Below, in pieces: positions 53,101-63,430 of a stretch of 64,000 nucleotides of DNA (its first letter is position 1; every line of letters starts with the position of its first letter). A model generated the notes under the pieces. The model was not told the DNA's origin, ran no database searches, and saw only the letters and a program-made list of their open reading frames with translations. The stretch comes from Mytilus edulis (Eukaryota), in NCBI RefSeq assembly GCF_963676685.1, contig NC_092346.1, positions 101,618,001 to 101,682,000 of the forward strand, read 5' to 3'. The position numbers and the translations under genes were made by a program.

Positions 53101-56100
53101 TGCGACACTACATTGTTCCAGATAATTTTTGAAGGAAAAGATCCAAGTTCAATAAGATTTACAACATATTGCAAGAGATTGTACTTAATAAATAGTCTAT
53201 ACATATCAGGAATGAAACCAAGCTGATTGTCCACACACGTGTATTTAAATTCTAGCAGTCTGGTCATCATTATCTGCTTTGGTAGATGAGCTGAGTTCAG
53301 TCTACATAATCTGCCGAAAAATAAAAGTTTGCATTTGTCAATATAACACTCAATGCAGAGCCATCCAAGAAGGCTGGTACACTTGTCTGATCTGGACCTT
53401 TTAGGTAGTCCTTGTACTGCTTTACATACGAATCTGTGAGCTCGTTCGAGCAATAGTAATTCAGATTTGGTTAGATCGTTCCACAGTTCGCAACCATAAA
53501 GTGCCCTTGTATAAGCTAATTGGTTTACAATTTTCAAACATGTGGATGTATTCAAGATAGCTGGATGGACACCAGAGTTCATAATGGAAATAGTAGTTGC
53601 ACGTAACATATGACACGCATTTATCGTTTGTTCCATAGAATTAAAGCTACTCTCTAAGAGAATACCGACATGTTTAGTAGATTTGACGATTGGTATTTCT
53701 GAACCATATAGAAAGAGTCTATCAATAGTGTTGCTTTGGCACTTTCCATATAGTAATACATGACTCTTACTGGGTGAAAACTTGAAGGCCCATCGCTCAC
53801 TAAACAACTGGCAAATGTTTATTAGGGTTTGCATTCCTTTGTTTGTAGGAGACATCAGAGCTATATCGTCCGCTTGTACAGAACATGCGACTCTTATGTC
53901 ATAGAGAATTGTACCGTAACTCGTTTTGTTCAATTCAATAAGTAAGTCGTTGATAAAAGCTAAGTAAAGAACGGCTGATAACACACCTCCTTGACGCACT
54001 CCTCGTTGTAGTTGAAACCATCTCGACAGTTTATTATTGAATAAGATTGAACTTTTCATGCCACGATACATTTCATCAATCAGAAGCCAAAATTTTCCAC
54101 AAACACCATATTCTTTTAATTTTAGTAGGAGAGCGTCATGCCACAATGAATCAAATGCCTTCATACTGTCCATCAGAACAACAATGACTTTGCTGTTGCC
54201 TTCGATATAGTGTCTTATCATCTCCTGCATAGTAAACGATGCATGTGTACTGCATAACAATTTCTGATAAGCCATTTGTGTCGGATGCGGAAAGTTTTGT
54301 TGAAGAGGTTCTAAATGAGGTACGAGTATTTTCTCGAAAATCTTCGATATGCAGCTTGTTAGCGATATACCTCGGAAAGAATTTGGGTCAGTTTTGTCTT
54401 TATTCCCACCTTTGAACAGTGGAATTATAACACTTGATTTCCAATCAACGGGTATATAACAGTTTTGAATTATCAAATTGAATAAGGCGCACAAATGTTT
54501 TTGTAGTTGTTTTCCACCATACTTCACGTGTTCGTATGAAACCTTATCCAAACCAGTAGATTTATTATTCTTTAACTTTTTACAAACATTATAAACTTCG
54601 TCATATTCAAACTCCGTAATATTTTCACTGACTGCTTTAAAGCAGTTTCGAATATCAGCAATTGTTTGTTTCATATGTTGTTCTCTTTCAGGATTGAGCA
54701 AAGTTCTATCGGTTTTGAATATAGATTCAAAGTGGTCGGCCCAAGCCTCACATATATCATTATCATCTGTATATGTACGTCCATTCACACGAAGTTCACG
54801 GCAAATAACCTTTTGTTTTCTTCGACTTTTTAGAACTGACCATACGTATTTCTGATCTGAGTCTATAGATTCTTCGAGTTTTTGTGCACAGTCTTTCATA
54901 TAAGCATTATATGCGAGTTCTAATTCCTTCCTGAAATCTCTTTTAGCGTCCTTGTATGCTCTGAAGAAATAGTTGTTTCTATTGTGTATTTTGCCGTTTG
55001 CAATCCAATCAGCACGACGCTTTCTCATATGTGCATGATTAATTTTGACAGTGTTCGTCCAATACGGTTTAAGATGTTTGACGAAGCTCTTATGTGGTAA
55101 TGTATCATGATCGGCAGTCATTATTGCATCGACAATAGTCTTGTAGTATGACTCAATAGTTGCTGCGGTTGCAGGTGATGATGGTGCACAGACACTCCAA
55201 AGATTTTGAGAAACGGCAAAGGAATAGTCCGTGATTAAATTAAGTTCAATCGCCTTCGTCCAAGCAACTTTTTCACTTAACTGTGTTAAAAGTGGATTCT
55301 GATTTAAATTGTCTGATCTACGGTAACCGTTAAGTTCAATCGTGCATATTATTGGTTTATGGTCCGACACGTTGAATATATCTTCATCAGGAATAAAAAC
55401 TTCGGATATATAACAAATGTTCTCTCTTTGAGTTATTATGTGATCTATAGCAGTTTTTGGACCACCATCGTAAGACTGAAAGGTATGTATAGGACCAATG
55501 GCAAAACTTAGTGTGTGAAGTGAGACACTACTAGTCGCCTCTAATTGAGAATTCAGTAAGTTACTCCTTTTGTCATTCACAAATTTATATCGCGGTCCTT
55601 CTATCTTGCAATTGAAATCGCCCAATAAGAAGACAGTTCCAAGGTTTGTATAAGCGTTAAAATACATTTCAGTTACCCTCCCTAAAAAATAAGCTTATTT
55701 AAGTACAATGTCAGCCATATTGGATTTTAACCAAAAGTGGGGTTTCTGAAGGCATCTAATCTATTTAATTTATCCAAAAGTAGTAAAAAACAAAGGTCTG
55801 TACCAAATATTATGATAGTAGCATGATAATAACACATTTTTACACGCTAGCCTTCGATATTGGGCTGATATAAGTATGACGTCCGCCATTTTGGATTTTA
55901 CCGGAAGTGAGACATTTTTTTCAAATGCCTCCCTATCTGAAATAAAAGAGTAATAGTTGAGGAAGGTCTATGCCAAATTTCATGCTTGTAACAGGATGTG
56001 CACAATTCGTCTGAAATATGCTTGTAGCCGCCGGACTACAAGAGCAATTTATATTTGTGATTTTAATGGTAAAATAAATGTATATATAAATCTTAGCAAA

Positions 56101-59100
56101 TGTGTCAAACATGGATTTTATAAAATATAAATCCAAAGTAGAAAATAGAAACACAGAAAGGTATCCACAAAAACATGTTGGTTTACATTCCTCCTATAGA
56201 GAAATGTTCTATGTCATATGGATTGTAAAATGTGGAAGAGATTTTACTTTCAAAAATTGTAAAATTAAAACTCTGAACATGCATCAATTTCAAGTTACAA
56301 TAAATTTTATGTTGTCAGGCAAGGAATTTAATAAAATAACACCATTTAAACGACATTAAATTAGATAACTATAATTTCTTTTACTTATTACTCAAGCAAA
56401 AATAGTTATAACCTTGAAATATTCATTCAAAATCTATACTATATCATAAAAATGTGTATACCGGTATATAAATTCCTGTTTTCAAAACTGCCAAATGTCT
56501 TTTTTATAATATACAATTTCTAGCATATATGAGCTTGAAAGATGGTTACAGATTTATTTTTAAAGAAAATGTGATTAGTTCTGCCAACATTGAAAGTCAG
56601 GTAACAAATAACCTTATGTATTCACATGAGTAAAATTGAGAATGGAAATGGGGAATGTGTCAAAGAGACAACAACCCGACCAAAGAGCAGACAACAGCTG
56701 AATTTTCATGATCAAGTAGAACTTTCATTAAATCTGATTGATTTGATTTTTGGTGTCTTTTAATGCCACTTTTAAGCACCGCATTTTTGCTATTTCGTGG
56801 AGGCCAATTTTTTTAAAACCACAGCCCTTGATAGGAAAACTGACAATCTTAGTCAAGTCGAGTGCACAACCTCAGTTGACTGGCTAGTGATTACAGTAGT
56901 AACTACTTAGACCACTCAGGCACCGAGGCCCCTTCATTAAATTTGAAAATTTTCCTTATTCAGCATTTGGGATCATACTTACTTTTGCTTGAATTCGTAA
57001 AAGAGAATTCAATAAGTTTGTGAACAGACTTGGGTAGGGATAATTAAGATAATATTCTGTGTTTTTTTTTTTTACATATAAATGTATTCTGTGTTGTGTA
57101 AGTTACCTGGCAGAGTTGCCTTTCTTCAAATGTTTGTTTCTTTAAGAAATTACACCAAAATATCCCAAAAATCCTGTTATACATTTAAGGTAGTGCCTAA
57201 GTCACATTAACAAAATTGTTTTATTTTTATCAATACTTCTGATTATTTATTTAACTAGTCAATCAACAATTCACATCATGTATATGGGATGTAATTCTAA
57301 GCAAAATATATCAGTTTTTGGAACCTACCACATCCATTTTCTCTTCTTTTTCTTTCTTTTCTGCTTCTTTCTTCTTCTGTTTGGCTGTAATACTAAGAAC
57401 AGCTGTTTCTACTTTCTCTTTTGCCTTTTCTTTCTTGTCTTCCAATGGTGGAGGATAAGCATAATGCGATGGTTTAGCATTAGATTTGAACTCTAGAATC
57501 GGCATCTGTATAATACAACATATATCTTAATCAAAGTCAGTCATTTTCCAATAACAACTTCTGTAAATCTTAGAGGGATTGTCACTTTGAATGTTCTGCT
57601 GACAAAAAATGAAGTACATAATACAAGATTGGGAAAACCACGAAATCAAATAAACACTAAAATGCAGGTAATCCTCAATCCACGAAATTGATACCCACGA
57701 AAATAAACAGAATTGACAATTAAAACTGAAAATTGTAATTAAAATAAATCTTTGAAAATGTGTGATTTCTAAATCTACTACTGTTTTATCTTTGTAATCA
57801 CCCATACATATATCGGACGAAGCTGACGACGACGACAACGTGATACCAATATACAACAACATTTTTTTTAATTTTTGCAGTCGTATAAAAACTGTTTGTT
57901 TGACAAAGATACAACCTGACCAATGGACAAAATGATTGCAATACAGCCCCCAACTTTTAGAGGTTGGGGTATACAGTAATAAGAGGAAAACTTAAATGTA
58001 GGATTTTCTGTGGAATAAGGGTGCTATTTGATATTACTTACCTTGAGGTCTTCATTTAGACCAATCAGACATGTTGGTTTGAATGACAAACACAGGAAGT
58101 GGCTAAGTGGATACCAGAACCAGAACTGTGTGAATACCAACATACCAACAACAGCCTCTAGATTGGTGTGGCCCATCTTAGACTGAAGAGAGATTGTCAT
58201 GTTACGACCACCTACAAAACAGAATAAAGATTACTCTAGATCGGTGTGGCCCATCTTAGACTGAAGAGAGATTGTCATGTTACGACCACCTACAAAACAG
58301 AATAAAGATTAAAGATTAATCTAGATCGGTGAGGCCCATCTTAGACTGAAGAGAGATTGTCATGTTACGACCACCAACAAAACAGAATAAAGATTAAAGA
58401 TTAATCTAGATTGGTGTGGCCCATCTTAGACTGAAGAGAGATTGTCATGTTGTGACCACCTACAAAACAGAATAAAGATTAAAGATTGATCTAGATTGGT
58501 GTGGCCCATCTTAGACTGAAGAGAGATTGTCATGTTGCGACCACCTACAAAACAGAATAGTCATGCAGGCATTTCAAACTTAACTACGTATTTAGTCTTA
58601 GGTTTTCTATGTTGTGTCATGTGTACTATTATTTGTGTGTTTGTCTTTTTATTTTTAGCCATGGTGCAGTTTATTTTCAATCCATGAGTTTGAATGTCAT
58701 TTTAGTAACTTTGCCCCTCTTTTATTGTGTTTTTGGTAACTTTGCCCCTCTTTTATTGTGTTTTTGGTAACATTGTCCCTCTTTTATTGTGTTTTTTGGG
58801 CAAGATGAATACATGCCATGTTACTAGACTTTGCTAAAACTGCTGTTTAAAGAACTCAGTCCTTTAATTTAAGTGTTATTATAATCATTATTCAGCTTCT
58901 AATTGAACATGTACAATCTTTGTCATTTGTTAGATAGTTGTCTCCATACAACATATGTGTTAACTGTACCTACCATCTTCTCTTTGAACCAAACATTATA
59001 TAAAAAATCTTGCTGACACACATCATTCTAAATGATCTGTGACACCATAGTGTATAAACATAATTAATCTGATGTCATTCTCTAATATTATTGGGAGTAG

Positions 59101-59663
59101 CCTTAACATTAAATGTTTCTGATAATATCACCTAAAAGTCTCAGGCATTTAGTGACAGGTATATATATACACATTGTAAGCTTAATGTGTCATTTAGGTG
59201 GATAGTTTGGCCCAAAGTGCATACTCAAGGTATTAAATGAGAACAGTATGTCCTTTTATCTATAATTGTTTAAAACAAAACAAAACACCATAACATGATA
59301 CCTAACAAATATATCACTGATTCTCTTAGGCCAATTAGATAGCTCCAGTATTTGCCTTCATTACTGTATTACTGTATCATATCTTTAGGCAACAGTATTT
59401 TAAAACTTGCATGTTGAAGACCTTACTTTGACCTCTAATGGTTCACTTTTTACAATTTATGACTTGGATAGAGAGTTGTTTCATTGACACTCATACCACA
59501 ATTTCTTATATCTACATAACCAATCTCAAGGATTTATTTTGTACAATATGCCTAACATACCTGCATCTATAATGCCTTGGGCAACAATAGCTCCAAACTT
59601 AGCCATTACATCTTCATGTTTGTCACTGATCACCTTGGCATACATTGTACGGAAATGGGCAAC
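47008..59663 (-). CDS. PSMD1: 26S proteasome non-ATPase regulatory subunit 1 (Rpn2), last six coding exons; 5' part lies beyond the right edge
   Basis: Exons 59663-59561, 58211-58042, 57505-57329, 49395-49219, 47626-47576 and 47154-47008 join in frame: ...[36 protein letters not shown]...[14 protein letters not shown]...[14 protein letters not shown]...[10 protein letters not shown]...[13 protein letters not shown]. Confidence 0.97.
47576..47626 (-). CDS. PSMD1: PSMD1 exon
   Basis: [17 protein letters not shown]. Confidence 0.93.
47911..48910. mobile_element. Crypton-like non-autonomous element with a 160-bp hairpin
   Basis: Palindrome at 47929-48088; 12-bp inverted pair TATTAACCAACT (48101) / AGTTGGTTAATA (48899); TTAATA at both ends; 21-bp internal repeats at 48720-48810. 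Confidence 0.65.
49219..49395 (-). CDS. PSMD1: PSMD1 exon (KEKE region)
   Basis: [12 protein letters not shown]...[19 protein letters not shown]. Confidence 0.95.
52469..55654 (-). mobile_element. 5'-truncated non-LTR retrotransposon (CR1/L2 group) with AATAAA and (AAT)n tail
   Basis: Boundaries set by where Academ arm homology stops; tail ggAAATAAAgtcAATAATAA at ~52469-52490. Confidence 0.88.
52623..55667 (-). CDS. LINE ORF2: partial APE endonuclease, reverse transcriptase and C-terminal CCHC motif, 1014 aa uninterrupted
   Basis: GDFN, IDHI and SDH (endonuclease); FRGISL, KAFD, GVRQGG and QADD (RT); CEKC-x9-H-x4-C. Confidence 0.9.
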   Translation of the reverse strand: MYFNAYTNLGTVFLLGDFNCKIEGPRYKFVNDKRSNLLNSQLEATSSVSLHTLSFAIGPIHTFQSYDGGPKTAIDHIITQRENICYISEVFIPDEDIFNVSDHKPIICTIELNGYRRSDNLNQNPLLTQLSEKVAWTKAIELNLITDYSFAVSQNLWSVCAPSSPATAATIESYYKTIVDAIMTADHDTLPHKSFVKHLKPYWTNTVKINHAHMRKRRADWIANGKIHNRNNYFFRAYKDAKRDFRKELELAYNAYMKDCAQKLEESIDSDQKYVWSVLKSRRKQKVICRELRVNGRTYTDDNDICEAWADHFESIFKTDRTLLNPEREQHMKQTIADIRNCFKAVSENITEFEYDEVYNVCKKLKNNKSTGLDKVSYEHVKYGGKQLQKHLCALFNLIIQNCYIPVDWKSSVIIPLFKGGNKDKTDPNSFRGISLTSCISKIFEKILVPHLEPLQQNFPHPTQMAYQKLLCSTHASFTMQEMIRHYIEGNSKVIVVLMDSMKAFDSLWHDALLLKLKEYGVCGKFWLLIDEMYRGMKSSILFNNKLSRWFQLQRGVRQGGVLSAVLYLAFINDLLIELNKTSYGTILYDIRVACSVQADDIALMSPTNKGMQTLINICQLFSERWAFKFSPSKSHVLLYGKCQSNTIDRLFLYGSEIPIVKSTKHVGILLESSFNSMEQTINACHMLRATTISIMNSGVHPAILNTSTCLKIVNQLAYTRALYGCELWNDLTKSELLLLERAHRFVCKAVQGLPKRSRSDKCTSLLGWLCIECYIDKCKLLFFGRLCRLNSAHLPKQIMMTRLLEFKYTCVDNQLGFIPDMYRLFIKYNLLQYVVNLIELGSFPSKIIWNNVVSQNIHKTEQLKWLERISNDIDFNFFKLIHPVIKLHKAWIIAKRYPDLRVASKYIIDLCAIVRIEAEQLLCEKCGKLFTNVLEHILCSCDFVLDNRNEMWRDIININPIQFSVYMDSLSSLEFTATILSCDTIYELDDDKSIAFSKLCVQHVNSTCKLFYR
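56740..56932 (-). mobile_element. Degenerate tRNA-derived SINE
   Basis: Minus-strand head GGGGCCTCGGTGCCTGAGTGGTCTAAG (tRNA A-box-like); short repeat tail near 56735. Confidence 0.5.
57329..57505 (-). CDS. PSMD1: PSMD1 exon
   Basis: [22 protein letters not shown]...[13 protein letters not shown]...KMDV. Confidence 0.96.
58042..58211 (-). CDS. PSMD1: PSMD1 exon
   Basis: [57 protein letters not shown]. Confidence 0.96.
58157..58559 (-). repeat. 78/85-bp tandem array (5 copies) made of a PSMD1 acceptor plus the first ~55 nt of the exon
   Basis: Each unit is ttctgttttgtag|GTGGTCGTAACATGACAATC...; one copy has AG mutated to TG. Confidence 0.95.
59561..59663 (-). CDS. PSMD1: PSMD1 exon
   Basis: [34 protein letters not shown]. 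Confidence 0.96.
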
Positions 59664-59818
59664 CTAAAATTAGAGAAAAGATGCATCATGGGTTAACATT
59701 TGATGTAAAGAAATGGGCCATCAGAGAAGATGATATACATGTACAGTATAGCCTATAAAGTCCTTATGTAATCATGAATAAACTATTCTTTCCAAGTAAC
59801 AGAGAACTTTTCTGTACC

Positions 59819-59958
59819 AGAAACATACCTATAATCTAGTGGCGGTTTAGATTAAATGAGTAATATATCAGTAACATTATTTCATTTCAGAAACATACCT
59901 ATAATCTAGTGGCGGTTTAGATTAAATGAGTAATATATCAGTAACATTATTTCATTTA
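59819..59958. repeat. Perfect 70-bp tandem duplication
   Basis: GAAACATACCTATAATCTAGTGGCGG... occurs at 59820 and 59890. Confidence 0.9.
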
Positions 59959-60626
59959 CTCTCCAAAGGTTAATCTGTATGGTGTATAAAATAACATCTC
60001 AGTCATAAACTAGTCAATAATGGAGGAATATTCATCAAGGAGTACCTGTTACATTCATTAAATATTTACAATATCACTAGGTCAGACACAGATTCACAGA
60101 GAATTGTTTTTGGTATAATTGAGGATCATGGGAATTGAAAAGGTCATAGGCTCACTAATGAAGATTCTAACATGACGTCCTTCAAACCCTTTGAGTACAC
60201 ACCCGTGGTAAAATATGAATATATTGCCAGGGCTGTTCTGATTGTACTCCAACGTCATATGCTTTTTTATGAATGAGGTACCCGACGTCATAGAAAGATG
60301 ACGTAAGAATATAAGCAATTTACGGGAAAATACACGCTTGTGAAACCAAAAATCATCACAACAAAGAAACGTAAACAAACGATGCTAAAATCTGGTACAA
60401 GCCAATTATTTTTATACATATAATACATTTAAGTAAATTATCATTTAAATTCATTCAAAACTATTCAAATACATTATTGAAAATAGATTAAGCATGTCAA
60501 AACTTCAGTTTGCTCCATTCTTTTACGTCAATTTAACTGTGCGTTTATTTATGGGAACGGCAAATATTGTCATCCACCAAGAGCGCTTCGATCCAAAAGA
60601 TTTGCCGTATTTGTCCTACTAGAATC

Positions 60627-60784
60627 GAAATAATTCAAGGGGGCTTGAATATATCGTGATTTTACCACGGTTGTCCCTTTATGCCGATATTTTACCCCTC
60701 GCTAACGCTCAGGGTAAAATATTTGTCATAAAGGGCCAACCCGTGGTAAAATCATGATATGTTCAAGCCCCCATGAATTATTTC
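60627..60784. mobile_element. Long hairpin, end of a Crypton-like element
   Basis: ~70-bp inverted arms around CTCGCTAACGCTCAG. Confidence 0.6.
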
Positions 60785-61074
60785 TTAATTAGAAATTTAA
60801 AAAAAACAGGTCAAATGTGTGAATGGAATGTAAAAAGATAATATTACGTGGTCACAAAGACCAGCTCAATATCTTTAGACATTTTATAAGTTGCTTATTA
60901 AAAAAAATGATCTACATGAATAAAATAATTCCCATATTGATTGGGCTTGGAGCAAGTTTTAGAAAAAATAAATGGAAAATGTGTCACACCATGGGACACA
61001 GATGATGTCCCCACTTGCATATAACTTTATAGAATAAGAACAGAAAAGGAGATTGAATCCCATTAGAAACTATA

Positions 61075-61704
61075 ACGTAAGGGTACCCAAATTGCACCGA
61101 GTACCCAAATTGCACCTATTTAGAAAAAATAGCAACGGAAATCTTACAAGATTTCCTAGAGACAAAACAATTTGTATTTTTATGATTTGATACTATGCAC
61201 GTCTTTTAACATAGGTAAACATATTTGGATATACACAAAACGTTCACAGTATTTATCAACAGATGGCCTGTTTACTGAAAAAGCAAAATGTACGAAAACG
61301 TCACCATGCGACGTCATCAAAACGTCATCTTTTTAAAATTAGCAAATACAATATATTATAAGTATCCATTTCGTAAAATATGAAGAGTAAGCATAGACTA
61401 ATATCCAATTGTTCAAAATATTTGAAGAAATTAAACAAAAGCTCGGTTATTAGACTTTTGACGATGTGAATTTAAGCATGGGTGCAATTTGGGTACTCCT
61501 CATTACAGAATCATGGATAGTTTGAAGGTTGATTCAAACCCATTTTTTATGACTCAATATGGATTAAAAATAAAATTGGTGTATCTATACAATGAAGAAG
61601 GATAGGGCTACAAAATAAACACAGTATGGACATCTTTTTCTTGGTCATAAAAAAATGTAGATGAAAAAACTGTCAAAATAGGTGCAATTTGGGTACCGTC
61701 ACGT
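61075..61704. mobile_element. Tc1/mariner-type MITE with TA TSD
   Basis: ta|ACGTAAGGGTACCCAAATTGCACC ... GGTGCAATTTGGGTACCGTCACGT|ta; the TIR motif is also repeated internally. Confidence 0.8.
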
Positions 61705-61767
61705 TACAGCCAAACCAAATGAAAGGGACAATAAGGGTTAAACTGTACACAGAGACTAATCATAGAT

Positions 61768-63430
61768 GAAATAGACAATAGTCTGACATAAACATTTTGT
61801 TCAGATAAAAGTTTAGACCTGTGAGTGTCTTATTCATCTTTATAGTTTTAGAAATAGACAATAGTCTGACATAAACATTTTGTTCAGAGAAAAGTTTAGA
61901 CCTGTGAGTGTCTTATTCATCTTTATAGTTTTAGAAATAGACAATAGTCTGACATAAACATTTTGCTCAGAGAAAAGTTTAGACCTGTGAGTGTCTTATT
62001 CATCTTTATAGTTTTAGAAATAGACAATAGTCTGACATAAACATTTTGTTCAGAGAAAAGTTTAGACCTGTGAGTGTCTTATTCATCTTTATAGTTTTAG
62101 AAATAGACAATAGTCTGACATAAACATTGTGTTCAGAGAAAAGTTTAGACCTGTGAGTGTCTTATTCATCTTTATAGTTTTAGAACTAGACAATAGTCTG
62201 ACATAAACATTTTGCTCAGAGAAAAGTTTAGACCTGTGAGTGTCTTATTCATCTTTATAGTTTTAGAAATAGACAATAGTCTGACATAAACATTTTGTTC
62301 AGAGAAAAGTTTAGACCTGTGAGTGTCTTATTCATCTTTATAGTTTTAGAAATAGACAATAGTCTGACATAAACATTTTCTTCAGAGAAAAGTTTAGACC
62401 TGTGAGTGTCTTATTCATCTTTATAGTTTTAGAAATAGACAATAGTCTGACATAAACATTTTGTTCAGAGAAAAGTTTAGACCTGTGAGTGTCTTATTCA
62501 TCTTTATAGTTTTAGAAATAGACAATAGTCTGACATTAACATTTTGTTCAGAGAAAAGTTTAGACCTGTGAGTGTCTTATTCATCTTTATAGTTTTAGTA
62601 ATAGACAATAGTCTGACATAAACATTTTGTTCAGAGAAAAGTTACGACCTGTGAGTGTCTTATTCATCTTTATAGTTTTAGAAATAGACAATAGTCTGAC
62701 ATAAACATTTTGTTCAGAGAAAAGTTTAGACCTGTGAGTGTCTTATTCATCTTTATAGTTTTAGAAATAGACAATAGTCTGACATTAACATTTTGTTCAG
62801 AGAAAAGTTTAGACCTGTGAGTGTCTTATTCATCTTTATAGTTTTAGTAATAGACAATAGTCTGACATAAACATTTTGTTCAGAGAAAAGTTACGACCTG
62901 TGAGTGTCTTATTCATCTTTATAGTTTTAGAAATAGACAATAGTCTGACATAAACATTGTGTTCAGAGAAAAGTTTAGACCTGTGAGTTCCTTGTTCATC
63001 TTTATAGTTTTAGAAATAGACAATAGTCTGACATAAACATTTTGTTCAGATAAAAGTTTAGACCTGTGAGTGTCTTATTCATCTGTATAGTTTTAGAAAT
63101 AGACAATAGTCTGACATAAACATTGTGTTCAGAGAAAAGTTTAGACCTGTGAGTGTCTTATTCATCTTTATAGTTTTAGAAATAGACAATAGTCTGACAT
63201 AAACATTTTGTTCAGAGAAAAGTTTAGACCTGTGAGTGTCTTATTCATCTTTATAGTTTTAGAAATAGACAATAGTCTGACATAAACATTTTGTTCAGAG
63301 AAAAGTTACGACCTGTGAGTGTCTTATTCATCTTTATAGTTTTAGAAATAGACAATAGTCTGACATAAACATTTTGTTCAGAGAAAAGTTTAGACCTGTG
63401 AGATGTCTTATTCATCTTTATAGTTTTAGT
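61768..63430. repeat. 83-bp tandem array, ~20 near-identical copies, in a PSMD1 intron
   Basis: Unit GAAATAGACAATAGTCTGACATAAACATTTTGTTCAGAGAAAAGTTTAGACCTGTGAGTGTCTTATTCATCTTTATAGTTTTA. Confidence 0.95.

Larger units (their letters stand above)
49483..56038. mobile_element. Foldback Academ-type DNA transposon derivative with decayed transposase fragments and a nested LINE
   Basis: caa|TAGTCCGGCGGCT ... AGCCGCCGGACTA|caa (3-bp TSD, TAG/CTA ends); ~370-bp outer inverted repeats; relics [12 protein letters not shown]...VMIRTV and LIHCGCKKG...[12 protein letters not shown]. Confidence 0.85.

Noticed and set aside
52623-55667. Domesticated or novel cellular reverse transcriptase gene
   Set aside because: The 3' tail, 5' truncation and nesting in a transposon point to a recent LINE copy; there is no evidence of conservation.
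61768-63430. Shared 83-bp period with the 1901-2640 array, and a YVR tripeptide resembling an upstream PSMD1 motif
   Set aside because: The two units are unrelated in sequence, and three residues is within chance.
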